A stretch of DNA of 64,000 nucleotides from Candidatus Nomurabacteria bacterium (GTDB lineage: Bacteria > Patescibacteriota > Minisyncoccia > Phycocordibacterales > UBA918): NCBI GenBank assembly GCA_023898565.1, contig CP060228.1:432594-496593 (forward strand). Direction: 5' to 3'. Position 1 is the stretch's first letter. Every line of letters begins with the position of its first letter. A program made the translations under genes and the position numbers. Below, piece after piece: positions 9,568 to 18,193 of this stretch. The notes under the pieces are model-generated. The model worked only from the letters and a program-made list of their open reading frames with translations, had not been told where the DNA came from and ran no database searches.

Positions 9568-9609
9568 AAGCGGGCGAGTAACAGCGAAGCTGTTACTCGC
9601 CCGCTTTTA
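9568..9609 (+). terminator. Rho-independent terminator
   Basis: AAGCGGGCGAGTAACAGC-GAAG-GCTGTTACTCGCCCGCTTTT. Confidence 0.7.
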
Positions 9610-9627
9610 TGTTAGTCTTTTGTATCT

Positions 9628-10335
9628 ATGGAAACAGCAACTATTTTTACTGATGGCGCCGCTAAAGGAAATCCTGGTCCGGGTGGCTATGGTGCCGTGG
9701 TGGTAATTGGTGATGTGGTGCGTGAGTACGGTGAAGGTAAAGCACTTACCACTAATAATGAGATGGAGTTGCAGGCTGTAGTAGCGGCACTCGCTACACT
9801 TGAAGACGAGGTAAAGAAAGTCACTATTTACACTGACTCAAAGTACGTGGTAGAAGGCGCGACTGGCTGGGTGTTTGGCTGGATGCGTAATGGTTGGAAA
9901 ACCAAAACTGGTGGCGATGTGTTGCATCAGGCTATTTGGCAGGAGCTCGTCTCACTCCTTAAGAAAGTAGAAGTGAATTGGCAGAAGGTGCCTGGGCATG
10001 TCGGTATCATCGGTAACGAACGAGCTGATACGATTGCGTCAGACTTCGGTGCGGGGAAACCGGTTTCGCTCTATAGCGGCAGTAAGGCCGGCTACGAACA
10101 CGATGTCGACAATGTATCCTACGACAAGGAAAAAGCGGCCGAGCGTAGCAAAGCGCGGGAGCGATCTGCGGCAAAAGCGTATTCATATGTGAGCATGGTA
10201 GATGGAAAGATTGAGACACACAAAACCTGGACCGAATGCGAAGCGCGAGTGAAAGGTAAAAAAGGGGTGCGCTTCAAGAAAGCTCTATCGCCCGAAGAAG
10301 AAACCGCTGTCATTGCTGATTTTACAAACGCCTAG
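9628..10335 (+). CDS. rnhA: Ribonuclease HI with a C-terminal RNA/DNA hybrid-binding (HBD, Cauli_VI-like) domain
   Basis: TDGAAKGNPGPGGYG, NNEMELQAV, YTDSKYV, GHVGIIGNERAD give all four catalytic D/E/D/D residues. The C-terminal 60 aa (YSYVSMVDGKIETHKTWTECEARVKGKKGVRFKKALSPEE) match the HBD consensus. Confidence 0.8.
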   Translation: METATIFTDGAAKGNPGPGGYGAVVVIGDVVREYGEGKALTTNNEMELQAVVAALATLEDEVKKVTIYTDSKYVVEGATGWVFGWMRNGWKTKTGGDVLHQAIWQELVSLLKKVEVNWQKVPGHVGIIGNERADTIASDFGAGKPVSLYSGSKAGYEHDVDNVSYDKEKAAERSKARERSAAKAYSYVSMVDGKIETHKTWTECEARVKGKKGVRFKKALSPEEETAVIADFTNA

Positions 10336-10382
10336 CAAGTGGTCTGTTGTTGGAGGAGGTCGTTTTTGTGTTAGGCTGAGAC

Positions 10383-10754
10383 ATGTCTATGGAGACTATT
10401 AGCATTTATGCCGTAGGATTATCGGCAAGTAATCCTGGTCCGGCTACAATCAGTGTACAAATTAATGCTGCCGACGGACGTGCGTTGCATGATATTTCAC
10501 AATCAATTGGTAATGCCACCGATGATTTTGCTGCCTACCAAGCAGTAGCATCAGGCCTTTTGGCCGCTGCTCAAATCTTTGGTGGTAAAACCGTTGATAT
10601 GCGTTTTGAGCTCAGGCTTAAGAATAAGTCGGTTAAGGAGCAGTTGAGCGCTGAGGCGCAAATCGACAATCCTGGTCTCGTGCCTCTTTTTATAGAGATT
10701 CACAACTTGCGAGTAGCCCAGTTTCCAAATCTTGTCTTCGCGTATCTTGAGTAA
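10383..10754 (+). CDS. RNase H-like (RVT_3-type) protein with all catalytic residues substituted
   Basis: ISIYAVGLSASNPGPA and DDFAAYQA align to the RNase H DG..GNPGP and AEY motifs but have A in place of D and E. No third or fourth acidic residue. Confidence 0.5.
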   Translation: MSMETISIYAVGLSASNPGPATISVQINAADGRALHDISQSIGNATDDFAAYQAVASGLLAAAQIFGGKTVDMRFELRLKNKSVKEQLSAEAQIDNPGLVPLFIEIHNLRVAQFPNLVFAYLE

Positions 10755-10830
10755 GGCAGAATGAGCAGTCTTGACGTTTATTTGAAAGAGTACTATTGTC
10801 ACGATTGGTTTAGTTCACTTGGAGATTGCT

Positions 10831-11061
10831 ATGGATGAAACATGCGCCATTTTGCAACAAGCCTTGCTCAATGAAGTGGTCACTGATGTTTTGAGTCGAG
10901 CAGAAGCAATCAGGCGAGATATCAATCGTTTAGCGCCGGAAGAAGAGCACCCCGGTGCTGCGGCTGTGGTGGAGATGCTTGCTGATATGCACGGTACACT
11001 GGCACGCCTGGAAACACTTGCGGCTGAGCTTACAGTGCTTCCCGGCGTGCAAGTGCGATAG
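10831..11061 (+). CDS. Small hypothetical protein
   Basis: ORF (track starts at TTG 10819). ATG at 10831 preferred. No recognisable domain. Confidence 0.3.
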   Translation: MDETCAILQQALLNEVVTDVLSRAEAIRRDINRLAPEEEHPGAAAVVEMLADMHGTLARLETLAAELTVLPGVQVR

Positions 11062-11170
11062 CTGGTGATTGTTTGCTTGACGGGCGAGGCCGCTTCGCGG
11101 TACTGTCGTACGTTAGGGGTGCGGATAATGTTGCACCTATGTTCCATCATAACTGCAAGAGGAGACATGT

Positions 11171-11458
11171 GTGAATATCAACACATCGCAAGGAATCAAA
11201 GATCGTATTGAGGTGCTTACCCAAGAACATGCCGCGCTCAAGCGGCGGCTCGAAGGGATGCCGCCTGGTTTTCTGTCTACCGAACTGAAACGTCAGAAGC
11301 TGGCCAAGAAGGACGCCATTTTGCTCTTGGAGCAAAAACTGGAAGAGCAGCTCTTGGTCGAAAAAGCTGAAGCTGAAGCGGCAGAAGTCATCGTCATTGA
11401 GGTTCCTGGTGAAGATGATGAGCGTGTTTTGGCTCGCATGATTGCTGAAGCAGCGTGA
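11171..11458 (+). CDS. Small hypothetical coiled-coil protein
   Basis: GTG start preceded by AGAGGAG. Charged and helical. Followed by tandem terminators. Confidence 0.35.
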   Translation: MNINTSQGIKDRIEVLTQEHAALKRRLEGMPPGFLSTELKRQKLAKKDAILLLEQKLEEQLLVEKAEAEAAEVIVIEVPGEDDERVLARMIAEAA

Positions 11459-11464
11459 CGTGAG

Positions 11465-11519
11465 CTGGGCCGCGAAGCGGCCCAGCCAAAACACAACCAC
11501 CCCAAGGGGTGGTTTTTTA
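11465..11519 (+). terminator. Tandem rho-independent terminators
   Basis: CTGGGCCGC-GAAG-CGGCCCAG then ACCACCCC-AA-GGGGTGGTTTTTT. Confidence 0.7.
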
Positions 11520-11536
11520 TTTGCTACACTAGCGAA

Positions 11537-13054
11537 GTGCAGGCGCGTCTATTTTATACATCATTACTCGCGTGTACACTCGGCGTTGGACTGCAGACGG
11601 TACATGCTTTTTCGGCAGCTGCCATCATGTGGTTGCTCTTGGCGGCGTTTGTGATTGCGGTCGTATGGCGCCGAAGGAGCTTCGCTCCTTCGGCGCCATA
11701 CCTCCTGCTTGTCAGCATTGCGTTTTTTGCAACCGCACTTGGAATGATGCGAATGCATCTAGCTTCCGAGCAATTTAATCGCTCGCCTTTAGCCTCATCG
11801 CTTGGCGAAGTGGTAAAAATTACGGGTGTTGTGGTCAGTGAACCGACGTATTCTAACCGCACGCAGCAGCTGTATGTTCAAACTGAGACCGACAAGATAC
11901 TCGTGAGTACCGACCGGTTTCAGTCGATTGTGTACGGCGATGTCCTCACCATTACTGGCATGCTTGAACAGCCAGCGGCATTTACTACTGAACTAGGTCG
12001 TGAGTTTGATTACGCAGGATACTTAAAAGCACGCGGTGTTGAATACCGCGTCGCATTCGCTGAGGTGGATGTGAGTGGTGAGGTGGCAGGTAACGGATTG
12101 ATTAGGACGTTATTGGCGGCGAAGCACTGGTTTATGCAATCGTTGGAGCGTTTTATTCCTGATCCATCTGTTGGTTTAGGAGAAGGGTTATTGCTCGGCG
12201 TGAAGTCTGCACTGGGCGATGAGATCGAATCAGATTTTCGGCGTACCGGCATCGTACATATTGTGGTGCTTTCTGGATACAATGTAATGCTAGTAGTCTC
12301 GTTTATCATTCTTTGTTTTTCATACTTTTTCCCACGAACATGGCGTATTGTTTTTGCAATAGTTGCGATTGTGCTGTTTGCGTTGATTGTTGGATTGTCA
12401 GCAACAGTGGTGCGCGCAAGTGTAATGGCGTCGCTGGTTTTGTTTGCGGAGTTATTGGGTCGTCGATACAACGTACTGCGAGCATTGTTGTTCGCTGGAG
12501 TAGTGATGTTGATTATTAATCCGTATCTTCTGCTGTATGATATTGGGTTTCAGCTGTCATTTATGGCTACGCTTGGGCTGGTGCTCATCCTGCCACATTT
12601 TGAAACCGTGCTCGCCAGTGGCGGCATGCTCGGTATTAAAGATTTTTTGTTTTCAACTATCGCAACACAAATTGCTGTTTTACCCTTACTGATGTATCAC
12701 ATTGGTGAGGTTTCAGTGATAAGTGTTTTAGTAAATGTGTTAGTTCTGCCGATGGTGCCCCTTGCGATGTTGCTTACATTTTTGACGGGAGTCTTAGGCT
12801 CGTTGTCTGTGCATGTGGGGGTTGTGTTTGGGTATGTTGCTACCTGGTCGCTGCAATACATTTTAGTCGTGGCGCATTGGTTTGCTGCCTTGCCTTTCGC
12901 AACGCTGCTGGTGCCAGAATTTTCTGGTCGGGTAGTTATAGCAATCTATGTTATGGCAATATTTGGATATTGGCGTTTGATGCAACCTAATCACGTTGTG
13001 TCTTTACCAGATGTGCCAAACATTGAGCAGTCAGTGTTCTTTCGTAAAAATTGA
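11537..13054 (+). CDS. comEC: ComEC/Rec2-family DNA internalisation channel (competence domain only)
   Basis: Polytopic membrane protein containing TGIVHIVVLSGYNVMLV, which corresponds to the conserved ComEC GL.HLLAISGLH block. Start uncertain (GTG at 11537). Confidence 0.65.
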   Translation: MQARLFYTSLLACTLGVGLQTVHAFSAAAIMWLLLAAFVIAVVWRRRSFAPSAPYLLLVSIAFFATALGMMRMHLASEQFNRSPLASSLGEVVKITGVVVSEPTYSNRTQQLYVQTETDKILVSTDRFQSIVYGDVLTITGMLEQPAAFTTELGREFDYAGYLKARGVEYRVAFAEVDVSGEVAGNGLIRTLLAAKHWFMQSLERFIPDPSVGLGEGLLLGVKSALGDEIESDFRRTGIVHIVVLSGYNVMLVVSFIILCFSYFFPRTWRIVFAIVAIVLFALIVGLSATVVRASVMASLVLFAELLGRRYNVLRALLFAGVVMLIINPYLLLYDIGFQLSFMATLGLVLILPHFETVLASGGMLGIKDFLFSTIATQIAVLPLLMYHIGEVSVISVLVNVLVLPMVPLAMLLTFLTGVLGSLSVHVGVVFGYVATWSLQYILVVAHWFAALPFATLLVPEFSGRVVIAIYVMAIFGYWRLMQPNHVVSLPDVPNIEQSVFFRKN

Positions 13055-13107
13055 CGGATTACCAGTAGTCCGTATAGTGCAAAGAGTGTTTTTAAGGAGT
13101 AATTCCA

Positions 13108-13404
13108 ATGAAGCTCTTTATTTTCTCCGACGTCCCTCTGAATGAAGGGCCGTTGTATATGAGTCTTGTTGTCGCAGAGGATGAATTTGCTGCCGTGACA
13201 CAAGCATTGCAGGCTGGTGACTGTAAGTTACAGCAATTGCTTGAAAAGGGTATCGCATCGAGACGCTTCACCGCCACTGAAATAGATGCTGCTTTCAGAG
13301 AGCACTATCCGCATCGTGAGGAGCGTGAGTTATGTGATGACGCGCTGCTGGTAATGCTTATTAATGGATCGGTGCAAACCACATTAAAAACCGCCTCAAA
13401 TTGA
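13108..13404 (+). CDS. Hypothetical protein
   Basis: AAGGAG RBS 7 nt upstream of the ATG. 98 aa. Stop lies inside a bidirectional terminator. Confidence 0.4.
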   Translation: MKLFIFSDVPLNEGPLYMSLVVAEDEFAAVTQALQAGDCKLQQLLEKGIASRRFTATEIDAAFREHYPHREERELCDDALLVMLINGSVQTTLKTASN

Positions 13405-13414
13405 GGCGGTTTTA
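13386..13414. terminator. Bidirectional terminator
   Basis: AAAAACCGCCTCAA-ATTGAGGCGGTTTT between convergent genes. Confidence 0.65.
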
Positions 13415-13415
13415 C

Positions 13416-13994
13416 TTAAACGAGTCTGCCAGAGATGACTTCCCAATTGAGGTTTTTAAAGAAAGCGTCGATGTACTTGCCTTTGTCTCCTGAGACGTAG
13501 TCGCGCATGTATGAATGTTCCCACATATCAAGTGCAAGGATAATATCGAGATCCGCCAGTTGGCCCATGTGTTGTTCGTCTACCCAGGTTTGCACGAGCT
13601 GATCGGTATGTGGGTCGTGGTACAACATCGTCCAGCCAACACCACGTGTTTTTGCAATTTCTTTGAAACGTGCTAGCCAGTTGTCGACGGATCCCCATTG
13701 CTCTTCAAGTTTGTGCTTGAGTGAACCTTCTGGTAGCGGCTTGGCTCCTTCTTCGAATTGCGCAAAGTAGTACTCGTGGTTGCGCATGCCACCAAACTCA
13801 AATCCGAGGCGACGCTGCATTTCTGCAATAGCAAAGGCGTTATTCTCGGGATCATTGCTGTAGGCAGCAATCTTGTCTTGAATCAAATTCACATGTTTTA
13901 CGTAGCCTTGGTAGAGACCAAGGTGATTATTGATGGTGTCCTCGGAGATACCATCAAGTTTTGGGATTGTGAATGTTAGTGGCTCGTATTTCAT
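13416..13994 (-). CDS. sodA: Fe/Mn superoxide dismutase
   Basis: MKYEPLTFTIPKLDG..., ...HH..YV..., and the DMWEHSY motif. Confidence 0.85.
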   Translation of the reverse strand: MKYEPLTFTIPKLDGISEDTINNHLGLYQGYVKHVNLIQDKIAAYSNDPENNAFAIAEMQRRLGFEFGGMRNHEYYFAQFEEGAKPLPEGSLKHKLEEQWGSVDNWLARFKEIAKTRGVGWTMLYHDPHTDQLVQTWVDEQHMGQLADLDIILALDMWEHSYMRDYVSGDKGKYIDAFFKNLNWEVISGRLV

Positions 13995-14037
13995 GTGGTG
14001 AAGAAAGTTACTTAATTATACTTAGGCGCATTGTATC

Positions 14038-14916
14038 ATGATGCGTATGCTATCTAATACGATGCTCAGAATCAGAACTTTCGTTTTGCTGGTGCTTGCT
14101 GCGATTGTTGTCACTGCTTGGGTGCCGATGGTTGCGGTCGGTCGGCCGGTACACCAGCAGTATCTCCAGGTTGCATTTTTGGATGTTGGCCAGGGTGATG
14201 CGGTATTGATTACGTCGCCGGATGGGTATGAGCTCTTGGTGGATGGGGGTCCAGATATGGCTGTTGTGCGTGAGCTCGCGAAGAAACGTTCTGTATTTGA
14301 TCGGTCAATTGACATGATAATTGCTACGCACCCTGATACTGATCACGTCGCTGGTTTGATTGATGTGCTTAGGCAATATCGCGTGGGATTAATTATTGAA
14401 ACTGCCTCCTTGTACGATACGGCCACGGCGGCGGCCTTTCAGGCCGCCGCCGTGGCCGAAGGTGCCCGTATCATCACTGCGCAAGCTGGTCAAGAAATAC
14501 TACTTGGTGCATCAACGACGGTGCGGGTACTTTCGCCGCGGGGAGATAGTACAAACTGGGAAACCAACACTGCGTCAGTGGTGGTGCAGGTTATGTATGG
14601 TGACACGGAATTTATATTGACCGGCGATGCGTCGCAGGGGATTGAGGAGTATTTGGTTGAGAAATATGGTGAAACTCTAGAGAGTGAAGTGTTAAAACTT
14701 GGGCATCACGGATCAGACACGTCATCGTCTGGGTTGTTTTTGGAAACGGTATCGCCGCAGTACGCAGTGGTATCGGCAGGAAAAGATAATCGCTATGGCC
14801 ACCCACATGAGGAGGTGTTGCTGCGCGCCGGCGAAGCCGGCGCGCAGATACTCAGTACGGCTGAGGATGGTACGATTACGTTTTATTCAGATGGTGCCCG
14901 CGTGTGGGTAGAATAA
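14038..14916 (+). CDS. MBL-fold metallo-hydrolase (ComEC C-terminal-domain-like) with an N-terminal signal/TM
   Basis: VAFLDVGQGDAVLI and IIATHPDTDHVAGL (H.H.DH metallo-beta-lactamase motif), the same architecture as the ComEC C-terminus. Confidence 0.65.
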   Translation: MMRMLSNTMLRIRTFVLLVLAAIVVTAWVPMVAVGRPVHQQYLQVAFLDVGQGDAVLITSPDGYELLVDGGPDMAVVRELAKKRSVFDRSIDMIIATHPDTDHVAGLIDVLRQYRVGLIIETASLYDTATAAAFQAAAVAEGARIITAQAGQEILLGASTTVRVLSPRGDSTNWETNTASVVVQVMYGDTEFILTGDASQGIEEYLVEKYGETLESEVLKLGHHGSDTSSSGLFLETVSPQYAVVSAGKDNRYGHPHEEVLLRAGEAGAQILSTAEDGTITFYSDGARVWVE

Positions 14917-14953
14917 AAATTGGCCGGTCCCAAAGGGACCGGCCAATTTTTAT
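14916..14953. terminator. Bidirectional terminator (MBL gene / rpmB)
   Basis: AAAAATTGGCCGGTCCC-AAA-GGGACCGGCCAATTTTT. Confidence 0.7.
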
Positions 14954-14958
14954 GTGTG

Positions 14959-15201
14959 CTAGATAAGACCAGCTTTCTTGAGTGTCGCATACGCGCCGTT
15001 TTTCGCGATAGTGCGAAGGGCAGCGGTTGAAACCTTCACCGTGACGGTCTTGTCGATTTCAGGGACATAGATACGTCGCTTCTGCAGGTTTGGCTGACGG
15101 CTGATTTTGCCACCAGGGTTGAACTGCGTCGCACGGGTGCGGTTACTATAGCGGCCTCCGATTTGGGTCTTCTTGCCGGTGATGTCGCATTGCTTTGCCA
15201 T
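14959..15201 (-). CDS. rpmB: 50S ribosomal protein L28
   Basis: MAKQCDITGKKTQIGGRYSNRTRATQ... matches the L28 N-terminus. Start set at the internal ATG. Confidence 0.8.
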   Translation of the reverse strand: MAKQCDITGKKTQIGGRYSNRTRATQFNPGGKISRQPNLQKRRIYVPEIDKTVTVKVSTAALRTIAKNGAYATLKKAGLI

Positions 15202-15277
15202 AAATAAAGTATTTAGTGGCGCCATACTACCATGTATGCTTGATAATGCAAGGGTTCATGGGTAGTATGGAGTAACT

Positions 15278-15505
15278 ATGGATAACGAACAAAACCAAGA
15301 ACAGAACAGCTCTGAGCCGAAGGAAGCTTTTCATACTACGACGTCAACGAAAATTGTCTCTCATTACAACGGTTGGCTTGTTTCAGATGAATTTTACAAA
15401 CGCTCGCTTGCGGTCGTTGGACATTATCTAGCTGGAGCGTTCATGATTGGTTTTGCTTTCTGGGTACTCGCCGCCGTTGTAATGGTGCTTAGTAATTTGT
15501 TATAA
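15278..15505 (+). CDS. Small hypothetical membrane protein
   Basis: 75 aa with a C-terminal TM helix. Immediately upstream of the S2P gene. Confidence 0.35.
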   Translation: MDNEQNQEQNSSEPKEAFHTTTSTKIVSHYNGWLVSDEFYKRSLAVVGHYLAGAFMIGFAFWVLAAVVMVLSNLL

Positions 15506-15512
15506 ACATACG

Positions 15513-16145
15513 ATGGGATTAGAACAAATCGCGCTCATTGTCGCACTTATTATTTCGGTCATTATTCATGAAATGGCCCATGGCTATGCTGCTAATTGGC
15601 TTGGTGACCCAACCGCTCGTCTCTCTGGTCGTTTGAGCGCCAATCCACTTGTACATCTCGATCCGCTTATGTCAGTGATTTTGCCTGGTATTTTGATTGC
15701 AACGCACGCACCAATTTTATTTGGAGCTGCCAAACCAGTGCCCTATAATCCATACAATTTCACCAACCAAAAGTGGGGTGAGGCTATGGTGGCAGCTGCT
15801 GGTCCACTTGCAAACATTGTGATTGCTATCGTGTTTGCACTTTTGGTGCGTAGTGCAGATGTGCTGGCGCTCAGTGATACGTTCGTTAGTTTGTCAATCT
15901 CAATCATCTTCCTCAATATATTTCTGGCCATGTTTAACTTGGTACCAGTGCCGCCGCTTGATGGTTCAAAAATCCTCGGCCGACTTTTGCCATTTGGACT
16001 GGCAATGAAATATGACAGTTTTCGTCGAAGCATGGAGCAAAATGCTGGTCTTGCATTTTTGCTCGTGATTTTCCTTTTTGTCTTTGTGTTGTCGGTACCT
16101 ATTTATAATCTCACCTACTTTTTGACTACACTGCTGGTCGGCTAA
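15513..16145 (+). CDS. Site-2 protease family (M50-like) zinc metalloprotease
   Basis: HEMAHG zinc motif in TM1. Polytopic, 210 aa. Confidence 0.65.
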   Translation: MGLEQIALIVALIISVIIHEMAHGYAANWLGDPTARLSGRLSANPLVHLDPLMSVILPGILIATHAPILFGAAKPVPYNPYNFTNQKWGEAMVAAAGPLANIVIAIVFALLVRSADVLALSDTFVSLSISIIFLNIFLAMFNLVPVPPLDGSKILGRLLPFGLAMKYDSFRRSMEQNAGLAFLLVIFLFVFVLSVPIYNLTYFLTTLLVG

Positions 16146-16194
16146 ATAGCAAGCAGCAAAAAACCGCCTGAAGGCGGTTTTTTGCTGCTTGCTA
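16146..16194. terminator. Long perfect-palindrome bidirectional terminator
   Basis: ATAGCAAGCAGCAAAAAACCGCC-TGAA-GGCGGTTTTTTGCTGCTTGCTAT. Confidence 0.7.
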
Positions 16195-16196
16195 TT

Positions 16197-16592
16197 TACG
16201 GTAAGTGCGATACTATACCAGGGTCCAGGCGGCACCCCTCAAGAGCTGTTCGTCCCGCCAAAATTCGCGAATGGCTAGCCACCCCGAGTGGCTCGTTGCA
16301 CCAAAAATGCGACCTCCGCCGCCTGGACACCACGTTCTTCTCCAACCGCCTCTTGGGCGGTTTTATTTTTATGTTACGATAGATATGATTATGGTCCGGT
16401 GTTTTTCATCCTTGGTCGATGTTCCTCTCCTTCGTTGCATGTTCGCCGCTTCCAGTTCCTGGAAGCGGCTTTTTTATTTTGTATTTTCTGCTATTGTTAC
16501 GGTCTGACCCGATTCTCATTGTGAGAGCTCCCTTCCCGGCATGCTAGGGTCAGCCTCCCGCCCGAGCTTGCTCGGGCGGTTTTTTAAAGCAA
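16197..16592 (+). ncRNA. Candidate structured non-coding RNA locus (up to three tandem terminator-ended units)
   Basis: No credible ORF. Three plus-strand intrinsic terminators (near 16345-16372, 16441-16478, 16556-16590). Long-range complementarity CCAGGCGGC (16222) / GCCGCCTGG (16317). Identity not determined. Confidence 0.3.
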
Positions 16593-16641
16593 GACATTGT
16601 TGCAATAATCTTTATTTATAGTATTGTATCGGAGCTCATTT

Positions 16642-17055
16642 ATGGCAACAATTCAACAATTAACCCGTAAAAAGCGAACCGACAAAGCACGAAAGAGTAA
16701 GCGTGCGGCTTTGGAGTCTGGATTCAACAAGATCAAGAACCAGCCAAACAGCTACTTCTCTCCGTTCAAGCGCGGTGTATGTACTCGTGTAACAACCAAG
16801 ACCCCACGTAAGCCGAACTCAGCGATTCGAAAGATTGCTCGTGTTCGTCTCTCAAACGGTCAGGAAATTACTGCATACATCCCAGGTATCAAGCACTCAC
16901 TGCAGGAACACTCAGTGGTACTTGTCCGCGGAGGTCGTGTGAAGGACATCGGTGTAAACTACACTATTGTGCGTGGTAAGTACGACGCAACTGGAGTAGC
17001 AGAACGCCGCATGGGTCGCTCACGTTACGGAGCCAAGAAGCCAAAAGGCGAATAA
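16642..17055 (+). CDS. rpsL: 30S ribosomal protein S12
   Basis: [12 protein letters not shown]... is the canonical S12 N-terminus. ATG at 16642 (track start 16624 is TTG). Confidence 0.9.
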   Translation: MATIQQLTRKKRTDKARKSKRAALESGFNKIKNQPNSYFSPFKRGVCTRVTTKTPRKPNSAIRKIARVRLSNGQEITAYIPGIKHSLQEHSVVLVRGGRVKDIGVNYTIVRGKYDATGVAERRMGRSRYGAKKPKGE

Positions 17056-17080
17056 TTTGTTCCCTGACATTGTTGCATCG

Positions 17081-17128
17081 CGGAAAATTTTCTTCACTGG
17101 GCACAAGCCCCATTCAGAAAATTTTCCG
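17081..17128 (+). repeat. Hairpin repeat element copy 1 (rpsL-rpsG spacer)
   Basis: CGGAAAATTTTC / GAAAATTTTCCG stems around TTCACTGGGCACAAGCCCCATTCA. A 35-nt core is identical to copy 2. Confidence 0.6.
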
Positions 17129-17330
17129 CTCGCGCCGCGTCAGGAAACAAATTCTTTCACTTTTGGAGGGATGGCAAGAAGTTCTGAGAACGAGCGAAGT
17201 TCTCAAATTACAAATAGTTTATATTCGCTACAGATTATAGAGTGGTAATCCGCAAGGAAAGACCATTATGCGAAGAATGAAAAGATGATTGTTTTCATAC
17301 TTTCTCATTCGCATCTTAAGACAATTAACA

Positions 17331-17801
17331 ATGCGACGACCAATCAAAAAACGACCTACAGTGTCTCCGGACATTGTGTACGGTCAGGTTGATATCGAAC
17401 GCCTCATCAACTACGTGATGCTTCGCGGACAGAAAGAAACTGCTCGCAAGATCGTGTACGGAGCGTTTGAAATCATCAAGAATGACAAAGAAGGCGGCGA
17501 CCCAGTAGAGGTCTTCAACACCGCACTCAGGAACGCTGGTCCACTCATGGAAGTTCGCTCACGCCGCGTTGGTGGAGCAAACTACCAGGTACCGCGTGAG
17601 GTTCGCCCAGAACGCCGTTTGGCTCTGGCCCTCCGCTGGATCATTGCGGGAGCCCGCAAGCAGAAGGGAGTACCAATGCACAAGGCTCTCGCGAAGGAAC
17701 TACTCCTTGCTGCTAAGGAAGAAGGTGAGGCAGTAAAGAAGAAGGAGGATACGCACAAGATGGCTGAGGCCAACCGTGCGTTCGCGCATTTTGCCTGGTA
17801 A
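17331..17801 (+). CDS. rpsG: 30S ribosomal protein S7
   Basis: [19 protein letters not shown]... is the S7 N-terminus. Start at the internal ATG 17331. Confidence 0.9.
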   Translation: MRRPIKKRPTVSPDIVYGQVDIERLINYVMLRGQKETARKIVYGAFEIIKNDKEGGDPVEVFNTALRNAGPLMEVRSRRVGGANYQVPREVRPERRLALALRWIIAGARKQKGVPMHKALAKELLLAAKEEGEAVKKKEDTHKMAEANRAFAHFAW

Positions 17802-17914
17802 TTTCTGAGCATAGCGAAAGAAATTCCAGTTGCAAATGCGGTGATGCCCCTTGCGGGTATGCTGCACTTCGCTTGGTAAAAACTTCCAAAATCAGCGACT
17901 GGCAGTGTCGTTAC

Positions 17915-17964
17915 GGCAAAAATTTTCTTCACTGGGCACAAGCCCCATTCAGAAGACTTTTGCC
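17915..17964 (+). repeat. Hairpin repeat element copy 2 (after rpsG)
   Basis: GGCAAAAATTTTCTTCACTGGGCACAAGCCCCATTCAGAAGACTTTTGCC. Core AAATTTTCTTCACTGGGCACAAGCCCCATTCAGAA identical to copy 1. Confidence 0.6.
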
Positions 17965-18002
17965 TAACTCCTCGCCATTCATCAGATTTTGAAACTTTTA
18001 GA

Positions 18003-18029
18003 AAAAAAGACCCGAGAGGGTCTTTTTTT
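18003..18029 (+). terminator. Terminator after rpsG (fusA does not follow)
   Basis: AAAAAAAGACCCGAGAGGGTCTTTTTTT. Confidence 0.7.
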
Positions 18030-18193
18030 CTTGTGTTTAGATTCAATTTTCATGAATTTGTTTGTAATTAACAATTAATTACAAGATTAACAATATGTAT
18101 ATAAACACATGTATATATTGACACAATTTCAATCATAATTCGTACTGTGAGCGGTTTGTTGCAAATTTTTTGTTTGGTAATAAAATACAAGAG

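Noticed and set aside
16182-16524. Several 60-100-aa ORFs in the rpmB-rpsL spacer
   Set aside because: Low-complexity composition (Pro/Arg/Cys runs), no RBS, and they run through three intrinsic terminators. Interpreted as non-coding.
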